63,121 nt of DNA, filler included, from Chiloscyllium plagiosum (GCF_004010195.1; 3 parts of one record of this genome joined end to end with filler, not necessarily neighbours in it), one strand, 5' to 3'. Positions 25,801 to 40,885 are shown, counted from the whole stretch's first letter. The notes: generated from the sequence alone by a model not told the origin. Made by a program: numbers and translations.

Positions 25801-28800
25801 ACTGATCACTGACACATCATCAATCACAGACACATCACTGATCACAGACATATATCAACGTTTACTGACACAGATAATTGATCACAGACACACCATACAT
25901 CATTGACACATCACTGATCACTGACACATCATCGATCACTTGACACACATCATAGATCATTGACACACATCATTGATCACAGACACATCATCAACCGCCG
26001 ACACGCATCATTGATCACAGACACATCATTGATCATTAACATATCACCAATCACAGACACATAATCGATCAACTGACACACATCACTGATCACAGACACA
26101 TATCATCAATCACTGACACACATCAACGTTCACTGACACATCATCAATCACAGACGCGCATCATCTGTCACAGAAACACATCATCGATCTTAGACACACA
26201 TCATCAATCACAGACACAAATCATCGATCATAGACACCTCATCATCAATCACAGATACACATCATTGATCATTGACACATCATCGATCACTGACACACAT
26301 CATCGATTACAGACACACATCATTGATCACAGACACAATATCGCTCCCAGACACACATCATCGATCACAGACGCATCATCGATCATTGACAAGTCACTGA
26401 TCACAGACGCACCATTGATCACAGATGCATCCCCGATCACTGACACATATCATTGATCACAGACACATCTCATCAATCACGGATGCACATCATCGATCAC
26501 TGACGCACATCATTGATCACTGACACGTCACTGATCACAGACCCATCATTGATCACAGACACATCACCGATCACTGACACATCATTGATCACTGAATCTC
26601 ATCGATCACTGACACACATTAGCGATCACTGACATATTGTCAATTACAGACCATCATCAATCACAGACACATCACCATTGATCACAGACAACTCATCGAT
26701 CAAAGATACATCAATGATCACAGCCACGATACAAATCATCGATCACAGTCACATCATAATCAATCACAGACACACATCATCGATCACAGAAAAATCACCG
26801 ATCATTGACACATCCCTGATCATAGACACATCATCGATCTCCAACACATCATTGATCACAGACACACATCATCAATCTCAGACACATCATCACCGATCAC
26901 AGACACACATCACCGATCACAGACACACATCATTGATCACAGACACATCACCGATCACAGACATACATCAACGATCACTGACACACATCATTGATCACAG
27001 ACACATCACCGATCACAGACATACATCAACGATCATTGACACACATCACCGATCACAGACACATAACATTGGTCACTGACACATCATCAATCACAGACAC
27101 ATCATTGATCATTAACACATCACTGATCACAGACACATCATTGATCATTAACACATCACTGATCACAAACACATCATCGATCAATTGACACACATCACCG
27201 ATCACAGACACATATCATCAATCACTGACACACATCAGTGTTCACTGACACATCATCGATCACAGACACATCATCGAATACTGACACACATCATTGATCA
27301 TAGCCACACATCATCGATCACAGACACATCATTGATCATAGCCACACATCATCGATCACAGACACAGTATCGATCACTGACACACATCATTGATCACAGA
27401 CACATCATCGCTCACAGACACACATCACCGATCACAGACACATAACATTGATCACGGACACATCATCGTTCACAGACATGCATCACCGATCACAGACACA
27501 TCATCGATCACAGACACGCATCATCGATCACAGACACATTATCGATCACTGACACACTTCATTGATCACAGACACATCATCACTCACAGACACGCATCAT
27601 CGATCACAGACACGCATCACCGATCACAGACACGCATCACCGATCACAGACACATAATCGATCACAAACACATCATCGATCATGGACACATATCATTGAT
27701 CACAGACACATATCATTGATCACAGACACACATCATCGATCAATGACACCTCATTGATCGTTGACACACATCGTTGATCACAGACACATCATGTATTACT
27801 GACGCACATCAATGATCACAGACACATCATCGATCACTGACACGTCACTGATCAGAGACGCATCATTGATCACAGACACATCACCGATCACTGACACATC
27901 ATTGATCACTGAATCTCATCGATCACTGACACACATTAGCGATCACTGACATATCGTCAATCACAGACCATCATCAACCACAGACACATCACCATTGATC
28001 ACAGACACATCATCGATCAAAGACACATCAATGATCACAGCCACGATACAAATCATCGATCACAGTCACATCATAATCAATCACAGACACACATAATCGA
28101 TCACAGAAAAATCACCGATCATTGACACATCCCTGATCATAGACACATCATCGATCTCCGACACATCATTGATCACAGACACACATCATCAATCTCAGAC
28201 ACATTATCACCGATCACAGACACACATCACTGATCACAGACACATCATCGATCACATACACATCATTGATCACAGACACATCACCGATCCCAGACATACA
28301 TCAACGATTACTGACACACATCATTGATCATTGACACATCACCGATCACTTGACACACATCACCGATCACAGACACATATCATCAATCACTGACACACAT
28401 CAGCATTTACTGACACATCAGCGATCACAGACACACATCATCGGTCACAGAAACACATCACCGATCACTGACACGTCCCTGATCACAGACGCATCATTGA
28501 TCACAGACACATCCCCAATCACAGACACATACCATCAATCACAGACATATCATCAATCACTGACGCACATATTCGATCACGGACACATCATCGATCACTG
28601 ACATGTCACTGATCACAGATGCATCATTGATCACAGACACACATCATCAATCTCAGACACATCATCACTGATCACAGACACACATTACTGATCACAGACA
28701 CATCATCAATCACTGATGCACATCATCAATCACAGAGACATCATCGACCACTGACACGTCACTGATCACAGACGCATCATTGATCGCAGACGCATCCCCG

Positions 28801-31800
28801 ATCACAAACACACATCATCAATCTCAGGCAAATCATCATCGATCACAGACACATATCACCGATCACAGAAACAAATCATCAATCATAGATAAATCATTGA
28901 TCATTGACATACATCATTGATCACACACACACATCACTGATCACAGATACATCATCGATTACCGACACATCTTCAATCACAGACAGATCATCAATCACAG
29001 ACACATCGTCAATCATAGACACATCACTGATCACAGACACACAACATCGATCACAGACACATCATCAATCACAGATACACATCGTCGATCACAGACACAT
29101 CATCGATCACAGAAACACATCATCGATCACAGATACACATCATCGATCACAGACACATCATCAATCACAGACACATCATCGATTACAGACACACGTCAGC
29201 GTTCACTGACACAGCACTGATCACACACACACACATCGTCGATCACAGACACATAATCGATCATAGAAATACACCATCGATCACAGCCACATCATTGATC
29301 ACAGACACATCATCACTCACAGACAGACATCACTGATCAGAGAAACACATCATCGATCACAGAAACACATTGTCGATCACAGAAACACATTGTCGATCAC
29401 AGAAACACATTGTCGATCACAGACACATCATCGATCACAGAATCACATCATCGATCACAGACACATCATCGATCACAGACACACTTCAGCGTTCACTGAC
29501 ACTTCACTGATCACAGACACACATCGTTGCTCACAGACACATAATCGATCATAGAAACACATCGACGATCACAGACACATCATCGATTACTGACACACAT
29601 AATTGATCACAGACACACATCATCGATCAATGACACCTCATTGATCATTGACACTCATTGTTGATCACAGACACATCATGTATTACTGACGCACATCAAT
29701 GATCACAGACACATCATCGATCACTGACATGTCACTGATCACAGACGCATCATTGATCACAGACAGATCCCCAATCACTGACACATCATCAATCACTGAC
29801 ACGTCACTGATCACAGATGCATCATTGATCACAGACAGATCCCCAATCACTGACACATCATCGATCACAGGCATAACATCGCTCCCAGACACACATCATC
29901 GATCACAGAAACATCATCGATCACTGACACGTCACTGATCACAGACGCATCATTGATCACAGACATATCACCGATCATTGACACATCATTGATCACTGAC
30001 TCTCATCGATCACTGACACACATTAGCGATCACTGACATATCGTCAATCACAGACACATCATTGATCCCAGACACACATCATTGATTATAGACACGTCAT
30101 CACTCACAGACACAAATCACCGATCACAGACACACATCATCGATCAAAGACACATCATCGATCTCAGACACACGTCAGTGTTCACTGGCACATCCCTGAT
30201 CACAGACACACATCGTCAGTCACAGACACATAATCGATCATAGAAACACATCATCGATCACAGACACATCATCGATTACTGACAGACATCATTGATCACA
30301 GATACACATCATCGATCAATGACACCTCGATGATCATTGACACACATCGTTGATCACAGACACATCATGTATTACTGATGCACATCAATGATCACAGACA
30401 CACATCACCGATCACAGACACACATCATCGATCACAGACACATCATTGATCACAAACACACATCATTTATCACAGGCACACATCATCGATCACAGACACA
30501 TCATTGATCACAGACACACATCATTGATTACAGACACATCATCACTCACAGACACACATCGCTGATCACAGACACATCATCGATCATTGACACATCACCG
30601 ATCACAGACACACATCACTGATTACAGACACACATCATCGATCACAGATACATGACATTGATCGTTGACACACATCATTGATTACTGACACATATCATTG
30701 AACGCAGACACATATTCAGTCACTGACACACAACATTGATCAAAGACACATCATCGATCTCAGACACACGTCAGTGTTCACTGACACATCACTGATCACA
30801 GACACACATCGTCGGTCACAGACACATAATCGATTACTGACATACATAATTGATCACAGACACACATCATCGATCAATGACACCTCATTGATCATTGACA
30901 CACATCGTTGATCACAGACACACCATGTATTACTGACGCACATAAATGATCACAGACACATCATCGATCACTGACATGTCACTGATCACAGACGAATCAT
31001 TGATCACAGACACATCACCGATCACTGACACTTCATTGATCACTGACACGTCACTGATCACAGACGTATCATTGATCACAGACACATCATCAATCACTGA
31101 CACGTCACTGATCACAGACGCATCATTGATCACAGACACATCCCCAATCACAGACACATCATCAATCACTGACACGTCACTGATCACAGACGTATCATTG
31201 ATCACAGACACATCACCGATCACTGACGCTTCATTGATCACTGACTCTCATCGATCACTGACACACATTAGCAATCACTGACATATCGTCGATCACAGGC
31301 ATATCATAATCAATCACAGACACACATCATCGATCACAGACACATCACCGATCAGAGACACATCACTGATCACAGACACTTCATCAATCACAAACACATC
31401 ATCCTTCACAGACACGCATCATCGATCACAGACACACATCATCAGTCACAGACACATCATTGATCACAGACACATCACTGATCATAGACACATCACCAAT
31501 CACAGACCCTTCATCAATCACAAACACATCATCATTCACTGACACACATTATTGATCAAAGACACAAATCACCAATCACAGAAACAAATCATCAATCATA
31601 GATATATCATTGATCATTGACATACCTTATTGATCACTCACACACATCACTGGTCACAGATACATCTTCGAATACTGACATACATCATCAATCACAGACA
31701 GATCACCAATCACAGACACATCATCGGTCATAGACACATCACTGATCACAGATCACAGACACACATCACCAATCACAGACACATCGTCGATCACAAACAT

Positions 31801-34800
31801 ATCATCGATTACTGACACACATCATTGATCACAGATACACATCATCGATCAATGAGACCTTAATGATCATTGACACACATCGATGATCACAGACACATCA
31901 TGTATTACTGACGCACATCAATGATCACAGACACATCCCCATCACTGACACATCATTGATCACAGACACATCACCGATTACTGACACATCATTGATCACT
32001 GACTCTCATCGATCACTGACACACATTAGCAATCACTGACATATTGTCGATCACAGACGCATCATCAATCACAGACACATCACCATTGATCCCAGACACA
32101 TCATCGATCACAGACAGATCAACGATCACAGCCACATCACCATTGATCACAGACACATCACCGATCATAGACATATCATCAATCACAGATACAAATCATC
32201 GATCACAGACACATCATAATCAATCACAGACACTTCATCAATCACAAACACATCATCCTTCACAGACACACATCATTGATCACAGACACGCATCATCGAT
32301 CACAGACACACATCATCAGTCACAGACACATCATCGATCACAGACACATTACCAATCACAGATAAACATCATTGATCACAGACACACATCATCAATCACT
32401 GACACACATTATTGATCAAAGACACATATCACCGATCACAGAAACAAATCATCAATCATAGATATATCATCGATTATTGACATACATCATTGATCACTCA
32501 CACACATCACTGATCACAGATACATCATCGATTACTGACACATCATCAATCACAGACAGATCATCAATCATAGACACGTCATCAATCATAGACGCTTCAC
32601 AGGTCACAGTCACACAACATCGTTCACAGACACATCATCACTCACAGACACACATCAATCACAAACACACATCACCGATCACAGAAACACATCATCGATC
32701 ACAGAAACACATCATCGATCACAGAAACACATCATCGATCAGAGATACAGATGTCAGCGTTCACTAACACATCATCGATCACATAAACATCATCAATCAC
32801 AGACACATCATCGATCACAGACACATGTCAGCGTTCACTGACACATCACTGATCACAGACTCACATCGTCGATCACAGGCACATAATCGATCACAGACAC
32901 ATCATCACTCACAGACACACATCTCCGATCAGAGAACCACATCATCGATCACAGAAACACATTGTCGATCACAGACACATCATGTATTACTGACGCACAT
33001 GAATGATCACAGACACATCATCGATCACTGACACGTCACTGATTACAGATGCATCATTGATCACAGACACATCACCGATCACTGACACATCATTGATCGC
33101 TGATTCTCATCGATCACTGACACACATTAGCGATCACTGACATATCGTCAATCACAAACCTATCGTCAATCACAGATCCATCATCAATCACAGGCACATC
33201 ATCATTGATCACTGACACATCACCGATCACAGACATATCATCAATCACAGATACAAATCATCGATCACAGACACATCATAATCAATCACATTCACACATC
33301 ATCAATCACAGACACATCACTGATCATAGACACATCACTGATCACAGACACTTCATCAATCACAAACACATCATCATTCACAGACACACATCATTGATCA
33401 CAGACACGCATCATCGATCACAGACACACATCATCAGTCACAGACACATCATCGATCACAGACACATTACCAATCACAGATACACATTATTGATCAAAGA
33501 CACAAATCACCAATCACATAAACAAATCATCAATCATAGATATATCATTGATCATTGACATACATTATTGATCACTCACACACATCACTGGTCACAGATA
33601 CATCTTCGATTACTGACACACATCATCAATCACAGACAGATCATCAATCACAGACAGATCATCAATCACAGACACATCACCAATCATAGACACATCACTG
33701 ATCACAGACACACATCACAGATCACAGACACACATCACCGATCATAGACACACATCATCCATCACAGACACACATCATTTATCACAGACACACATCATCG
33801 ATCACAGACACATCATCGATCACAGACACACATCATTGATTACAGACACATCATCACTCACAGACACACATCGCCGATCACAGGCACATCATTGATCATT
33901 GACACATCACCGATTACAGACACACATCATCGATCACAGATACATGTCATTGATTGTTGACACACATCATTGATTACTGACACACATCATTGATTACTGA
34001 CACACATCATTGAACACAGACACATCATCGATCACTGACACACATCACTGATCATAGACACATCATTGATCAAAGACACATCATCGATCACAGACACACG
34101 TCAGCATTCACTGACACATCACTGATCACAGACACACATTGTCGGTCACAGACATATAATCGATCATAGAAACACATCATCGATCACTGACACATCATGT
34201 ATTACTGACGCACATCAATGATCACAGACACATCCCCAATCACAGACACATCATCGATCAGTGACACGTCACTGATCACAGACGCATCATTGATCACAGA
34301 CACATCACCGATTACTGACACATCATTGATCACTGACATATTGTCGATCACTGACACACATTAGCAATCACTGACATATCGTCGATCACAGACCCATCAT
34401 CAATCACAGACACATCACCATTGATCACAGACACCTCACCGATCACAGACATATTATCTATCACAGATACAAATCATCGATCACAGACACATGATAATCA
34501 ATCACAGACACACATCATCGATCACAGGCACATCACCAATCATAATACATCACTGATCACAGACACTTCATCAACCACAAACACATCATCCTTCACAGAC
34601 ACACATCATTGATCACAGACATGTATCATCGATCACAGACACACATCACTGATCACAGACACATCATTGATCACAGACACATTACCAATCACAGATAAAT
34701 ATCGTTGATCACAGACACATCATTGATCACAGACACACATCATCAATCACTGACACACATTATTGATCAAAGACACATATCACCGATCACAGAAACAAAT

Positions 34801-37400
34801 CATCAATCATAGATATATCATCGATCATTGACATACATCATTGATCATTCACACACATCACTGATCACAGATACATCTTCGATTACCGACACATCATCAA
34901 TCACAGACAGATCATCAATCACAGACACATCACTGATCACAGACACACATCACAGATCACAGACACACATCACCGATCACAAACACACAACATCGATCAC
35001 AGATACACATCGTCGATCACAGACACATCATCGATCACAGATACACATCATCGATCACAGACACATCAGCGATCACAGAAACACATCATCGATCACAGAA
35101 ACACATCATCGATGTTGTGGTTCTGTTCGCTGAGCTGGGAATTTGTGTTGCAGATGTTTCGTCCCCTGTCAGGTGACATCCTCAGTGCTTGGGAGCCTCC
35201 TGTGAAGCACTTCTGTGATCTTTCCTCTGGCATTTATAGTGATTTGTACCTGCCGCTTCCAGTTGTCAGTTCCAGCTGTCCGTTGCTGTGGTCAGTATAT
35301 TGGGTCCAGGTCGATGTGCTTATTGATTGAATCTGTGGATGAGTGCCATGCCTCTAGGAATTCCCTGGCTGTTCTCTGTTTGGCTTGTCCTATAATAGTA
35401 ATGTTGTCCCAGTCGAANNNNNNNNNNNNNNNNNNNNNNNNNNNNNNNNNNNNNNNNNNNNNNNNNNNNNNNNNNNNNNNNNNNNNNNNNNNNNNNNNNN
35501 NNNNNNNNNNNNNNNNNNNNNNNNNNNNNNNNNNNNNNNNNNNNNNNNNNNNNNNNNNNNNNNTTGTATAGGTGTTCTTCTTCCTCTTTTTGCAGTTCTG
35601 GTGTGCTGCAGTGTGTTGTGGCCCTTTTGAACAGTGTTTTGATGCAACTTCTTTTGTGTGTGTTGGGGTGGTTGCTTTTGTAGTTCAGGACTTGGTCTGT
35701 GTGTGTGGCTTTCCTGTATACCTTTGTGGTGAATTCTCTGTTTGGTGTTCTCTGTACCATCACGTCTAGGAATGGGAGTTGGTTATCCTTTTCTTCTTCT
35801 CTCGTGAATCGGATTCCTGTGAGTGTGGCATTGATGATCCGGTGTGTTTTCTCTATTTCTGTGTTTTTAATGATTACAAAGGTGTCATCAACATATCTGA
35901 CCCAGAGTTTGGGTTGAATTTGCGGTAAGACTGTTTGTTCTAATCTCTGGCTAGGGTTTTGTTGATAGAGGTGAAAACCCTAGCCAGAGAAACAATAGCC
36001 AACCTGCTGGACATACAGAACAAACAACAGGACTTTAACCTATCAACAAAGACGGCATACTCAAAGTACTGGACCTGTGCCTCACAACACACTTCACATT
36101 CAGCAACCAAATATATGAACACAATACCAATCACAGATACACATCATTGATCACAGACACATCATCAATCACTGACACACATTATTGATCAAAGACACAT
36201 ATCACCGATCACAGAAACAAATCATCAATCATAGACATATCATCGATCATTGACATTCATCATTGATCATTCACACACATCACTGATCACAGATACGTTA
36301 TCGATTACCGACACACAACAACAATCACAGACAGATCACCAATCACAGACACATCATCGGTCATAGACACATCACAGATCACAGACACACATCACAGATC
36401 ACAGACACACATCACCGATCACAGACACACATCATCTATCACACACACACATCATCGATCATTGACTCATCAGCGATCACAGACACACATCATTAATCAC
36501 AGACACATCATCGATCAAAGACACCTCATCGACCACAGACACATCATCGATCGTTGACACATCACCGATCACAGACACACGTCACTATCACAGACACACA
36601 TCATCAATCACAGATACACCTCACTGATTTTTGACACACATCGTTGATTACTGACACACATCATTGATCACAGACATATCATCGATCATTGACACACATC
36701 ATTGAACACAGACACATCATTAATCACTGACACACATCATTGATCATAGACACACATCATCGATCACACACACATCATCTATCATTGACACATCACCGAT
36801 CACAGACATCAATGATTACTGATGCACATCACTGATCACAGACACACAACATCGATCAGAGATACACATCATTGATCGTTGACGCACATCATCAATCACT
36901 GACACACATCATCGATCACTTGACACACCTCATTGATTATTGACACACCTCATTGATTATTGACACATCATTGATCACAAACACATCATCGATCACAGAT
37001 ACGCATCATCGATCAAAGACACATCCCCGATCACAGACACATCACCAATCACACACTCATCATCGATCACAGACTCACATCATCAATCACAGATACAAAT
37101 CATCGATCACATACACACACCATCAACCACAGACAGACATCATCAATCACAGATACATCATCGATTACAGACACATCACCGATCACAGATACGCATCATT
37201 GATCACACATACATCATCGATCACAAGCACATCATCAATGACTGACACATCAACAATCACAGATACACATCATTGATCACTGACACACATCATCGATCAC
37301 AGACACATCATCGATCACAGACACATCATCAATCACAGACACACATCATTGATGACAGATACACATCATCGATCACAGACACACGTCACTGATCTCAGAC
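22881..37400. repeat. ~14.5-kb satellite of 18/20-bp units, consensus GATCACAGACAC(AC)ATCATC
   Basis: Uninterrupted divergent tandem array apart from the PLE at 35113-36123; ORFs are ITDTSS/DHRHII/SQTHHR repeats. Confidence 0.97.
35113..36123 (-). mobile_element. Penelope-like element (family B) inserted in the satellite, with internal inversion
   Basis: Minus strand WVRYVDDTFVI...LPFLDVMV...VYRKATHTDQVLNYKSNHPNTHKRSCIKTLFKRA (PLE RT C-terminus), then the GIY-YIG end and pLTR with HHR (~35150-35188). Plus-strand RT piece 35974-36123 (KTLARETIANLL...LDLCLTTHFTFSNQIYEQ). Confidence 0.9.
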
Positions 37401-37824
37401 ACCTTCCTGGACCCAGCAAGACCAGATCACCATGGAGGACAGCATTATACTATGGGGAGCAAGAGTGATTGTCCCAAGTAAAGGTTGCTGCTAAATACTG
37501 GCTGATCTCCACCAGAATCATCCAGGGATTTCCACTATAACAATGTTCGCAAGAAGCTATATCTGGTTTGCCAAGGTTGGATGTCGACATAGCTGTGTTG
37601 GTGGTGCAGTACCCAGAGTGCCAACAAGCACAAAAAGTACCACCAGCCATTCCCCACATTCATGGGAATGGCCAGGTAATTCCTGGACCCTGTTACATGA
37701 TGACTATGCCAGCCCTTTCATGGACTCAATGTTCCTGGTCATTGTGGACACCCTTTCAAAGTGATTGGACGTACATAGAATTCATTTGGCAAACTCAGGC
37801 ATGACGAGTGAAAAGCTGTCAGCA

Positions 37825-38824
37825 TTTTTGAGAAAATTTGTAGCTCAGGTTGATAACCTGGAAGGTTCATTTTCAGATGCTTCATCACCATACTTGGTAA
37901 CATCATTAATGAGCCTCTGGATGAAGCACTGGTGGTATGGCCCACTTTCTACTTATGTGTTCAGGTTTTCTTGGGTGATGTCATTTCTCGTGGTGGTGCC
38001 ATTTCCTGTGGTGATGTCATTTTCTGTTCTTGCTAGAATTGTAACAAACATTACATTGGACAAACAGAAAGAAAACTAGCCACCAGGATACATGAACATC
38101 AACTAGCCACAAAAAGACATGACCCTCTCTCACTAGTATCTCTGCATACAGGTGAGGAAGGACACCACTTCGACTGGAACAACACATCCATCCTAGGATA
38201 AGCCAAACAGAGACACTCAAGAGAATCCCTACATTAGATTGATTAGATTAGATTCCCTATGGTACGGAGACAGGCCCATTGGACCAACCCTCCAAAGAGT
38301 AACCCACCCAGACCAATTTTCCTCTGATTAATGCACCTAATACTATGGGCAATTTAGCATGGCCAATCCACCTGACCTGCACATCTTTGGACTGTGGGAG
38401 GAAACCGGAGCACCCGGAGGAAACCCACGCAGACACAGGGAGAATGTGCAAACTCCACACAGGCAGTCGCCTAAGGCTGGAATCGAACCTGGGTCCCTGG
38501 CACTGTGAGGCAGCGGTGCTAGCCACTGAGCCACTGTGCTGCACTCTAGAAGCATGGCATTCTAAGTGGAACTCGATCGACAAACATATTGACTTGGATC
38601 CCATTTACCACCCCCTGCGAAAAAGAACAGGAAATGATATCACCACAGGAAATGGCGTCACCACCAGAAATATCGTCACCAACCCAAGGAAATCCAAACA
38701 CAAAAACAGAAAGCGGGCCATGCCACCAGTGCTTCATCTGGAGGCTCACTGATGATGTTACCTAGTATGGTGACCAAATGTCTGAAAATGAACCTTCCAG
38801 CTCAGCGAGCAAACCTACATCCAG
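37825..38824 (+). mobile_element. Penelope-like element (family C): inverted pLTR + truncated GIY-YIG ORF + pLTR, nested in Gypsy integrase
   Basis: CNKHYIGQTERKLATRIHEHQLA...HHFDWNNTSILG*...LEAWHS...IDLDPIY; ~37855-38030 is the reverse complement of ~38622-38800; decayed HHR TCACTGATGA-TGTTACC-TAGTAT-GGTGAC-CAAATGTCTGA; imperfect TSD AAGCTGTCAGCA/AAGATGTTAGCA. Confidence 0.85.
38231..38542 (-). mobile_element. HE1-like V-SINE nested in the PLE
   Basis: Full head, V-domain and (AATCT)n tail; PLE reading frame resumes after it (RESL|LEAWH). Confidence 0.92.
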
Positions 38825-39683
38825 AAGATGTTAGCACCATTCACAATACATGGACTTCTGGAAACATTGGTCATGGACAATGGGACTTCATTTACCAGCA
38901 GGGAGTTCAAATATTTCCTGAAGTTGAATGCATTTTGCATGTTCGGACAACGCCATACCATCCATCTTTCAATGGTCTAACAGAAACATTGAAGGAAGGC
39001 TTAAAGAAACAGCCCACAGCTTCATTCAATACCAAACTGTCCTGGTTCCTGTTCGATTATCGGACAATACCTAAAACATCTATAGGGATGGTTCGAGTAG
39101 AGTTGCTGATGAGGAGAAAGTTAAACTTGATATTCCTGGGCCCTGGGGAGAGGGTGAAACAGCAGCAGGAATGTCATTGCCGGCCATTTGCTTCCCCAAA
39201 GTGCAAGTTTACTGCAGGAGGCAAAGTTTGGTGCCGGCACCACAGATATGACCCAGCATGTGTTTGAGACGAAATCAACTCAAGGTCAGGTCCCCTGACA
39301 TATAAAGTTCGGGTAGGTGAGGTGGTCTTGAACAAACATATGGATCACCTGAAAGCTGCTACCTCATAAATGGGGCAGGAGCAAAATATACCTGGCCCCT
39401 CAGAACAGCCTGAGGGTGTATCAGAAACCATGGATTCTCCCCCACCGAGTAGCATCAAGGAAACCTCAGAGACCGAGATGGATGCAGCCTCGATACTATT
39501 ACCACCAGAAGAAAAGGACAAAATTCTCCCAAAACACTCTGGACGTAAGGGTTGGACTACAGTCCAGTACCTGCCGACATGCTCACGTCTGAGTCAGAGG
39601 AACTGGATCTGGGGCAAAGACATCTCAGGTGAAGCTACTAGAGAAATACCAGACCTACATCCCCAGACTTAGTGGAGGAGGGA

Positions 39684-40186
39684 TATAGTGATTGGAACCA
39701 GATGGATCTCTGTGACTATGAAATCCTTAATCAGGGTTGTTAACCTGGGCCAATCAGGGAGCCCTAGCTAACAGGTTTAAACAGGAGATTTCCCCTTCAC
39801 TGTTTAATCACGCAGTATTGCCCTTTGATGTTAAGGGCACTGCTTGTCACTGGCCACTTGGATGTTTCTTTTCTTCCTGGTGGTGGAAAATGAATAAAGC
39901 TTTGTGCACCTTGTGTAAGAAAAAAATATAAACAGGAGCGTCAGAGCTGGCCCTGAGGGAGCTGGGTCAGTGTCAAGGACTCTCCATGTATAAATAAAGG
40001 GTGAATTGGTGATGGGACCCCAGCCTCTGTAGAGCTATTTAAGAAAAAAAAGAAAAAAAACCCAAAAATAAATAGGAGATACAAAGCGTGTTCTAACTTT
40101 CGGGACTGACTCTGAGCTGACTGGCCACAGCCAATGCACATGTAAATAAAGAGTGCTGGGATATTGGCCTCTATACAGTTATTTCA
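39684..40186 (+). mobile_element. Putative Gypsy 3' LTR
   Basis: Starts immediately after the PPT (TATAGTG, decayed TG), ends TATTTCA, contains CCAAT and several AATAAA; directly followed by CR1 sequence. Confidence 0.65.
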
Positions 40187-40605
40187 ATATGAAATTGCCC
40201 ATTTTGGCAGGAAGTATAAAGAAGAAATGCATTATTTAAACAGTGAGAGGTCACAGAGCTCTGAGATTCAGAGGGACATAGTGCATGAATCAGACACATT
40301 TATCACAAGTATTGGGGAACACTAGTGGAATGTTATCATTTCTCACAAGGGGAGTTGAATACAAAAGTAGAGAGGTTATATTAAAATATACAGGACACTA
40401 ATAAGGATTTAAATATGTTGCAGGCCATTCAAAGAAAGTTTGCTGGACTAATACTTGGAATTGATGCATTGTCTTATGTGGGAAGATAGGACAGACTAGT
40501 CCTGTAGTGCTGAAGTTTAGAAGAGTAAAAGGCAACTGAATTGAAACAAAGAATATGGAGAGGATGTTTCCTTTTATGAAAATCTATAAATGGAGTCATT
40601 GTCCC
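40187..40605 (+). mobile_element. Decayed CR1 fragment
   Basis: YEIAHFGRK...YLNSER; GAATACAAAAGTAGAGAGGTTAT; TTTAGAAGAGTAAAAGGCAAC. Confidence 0.7.
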
Positions 40606-40885
40606 ATGCTAATTACTTAATTATAAACGGTCTTTGAGCTTCTCTTGATTATATTTGCCATTACATTCTCGTATTCTTTCTTTGTTTTCCTAATTTCATT
40701 TCTCTCCTCCATAAGTGAGGATCCCTGGACTCTTCACAGAGGAGCGTGGAATCTTCCTGGCATTCTGATTAATATTCATCCCTTTACCAGGATATCTTCC
40801 AGCTCCTTGGGGAAAACTCTTTGGTGGCTATTCAGAGGATGGGCTAGTTTTATGGTGTCTCAAATCTGATTCTTCCATTCATCAA

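Larger units (their letters stand above)
37401..40186 (+). mobile_element. Decayed Gypsy/Ty3 LTR retrotransposon (integrase region, PPT, 3' LTR), interrupted by a PLE
   Basis: WGARVIVP, LHQNHPG, ARSYIW, ECQQ (zinc-binding region); HSWEWP..W..LH.DYA.PF; DNGTSFTSREF; TTPYHPSFNG; FLFDYR. Polypurine GGAGGAGGGA at 39674-39683 followed by an LTR-like segment. Confidence 0.88.

Noticed and set aside
23049..37276. Many ORFs with Thr/Ser/Asp- or His-rich repeats (mucin-like or His-rich protein look)
   Set aside because: They arise from an 18-bp monomer. Frames break constantly through 20-bp units and TGA/TAG variants, and there is no start context or splice structure.
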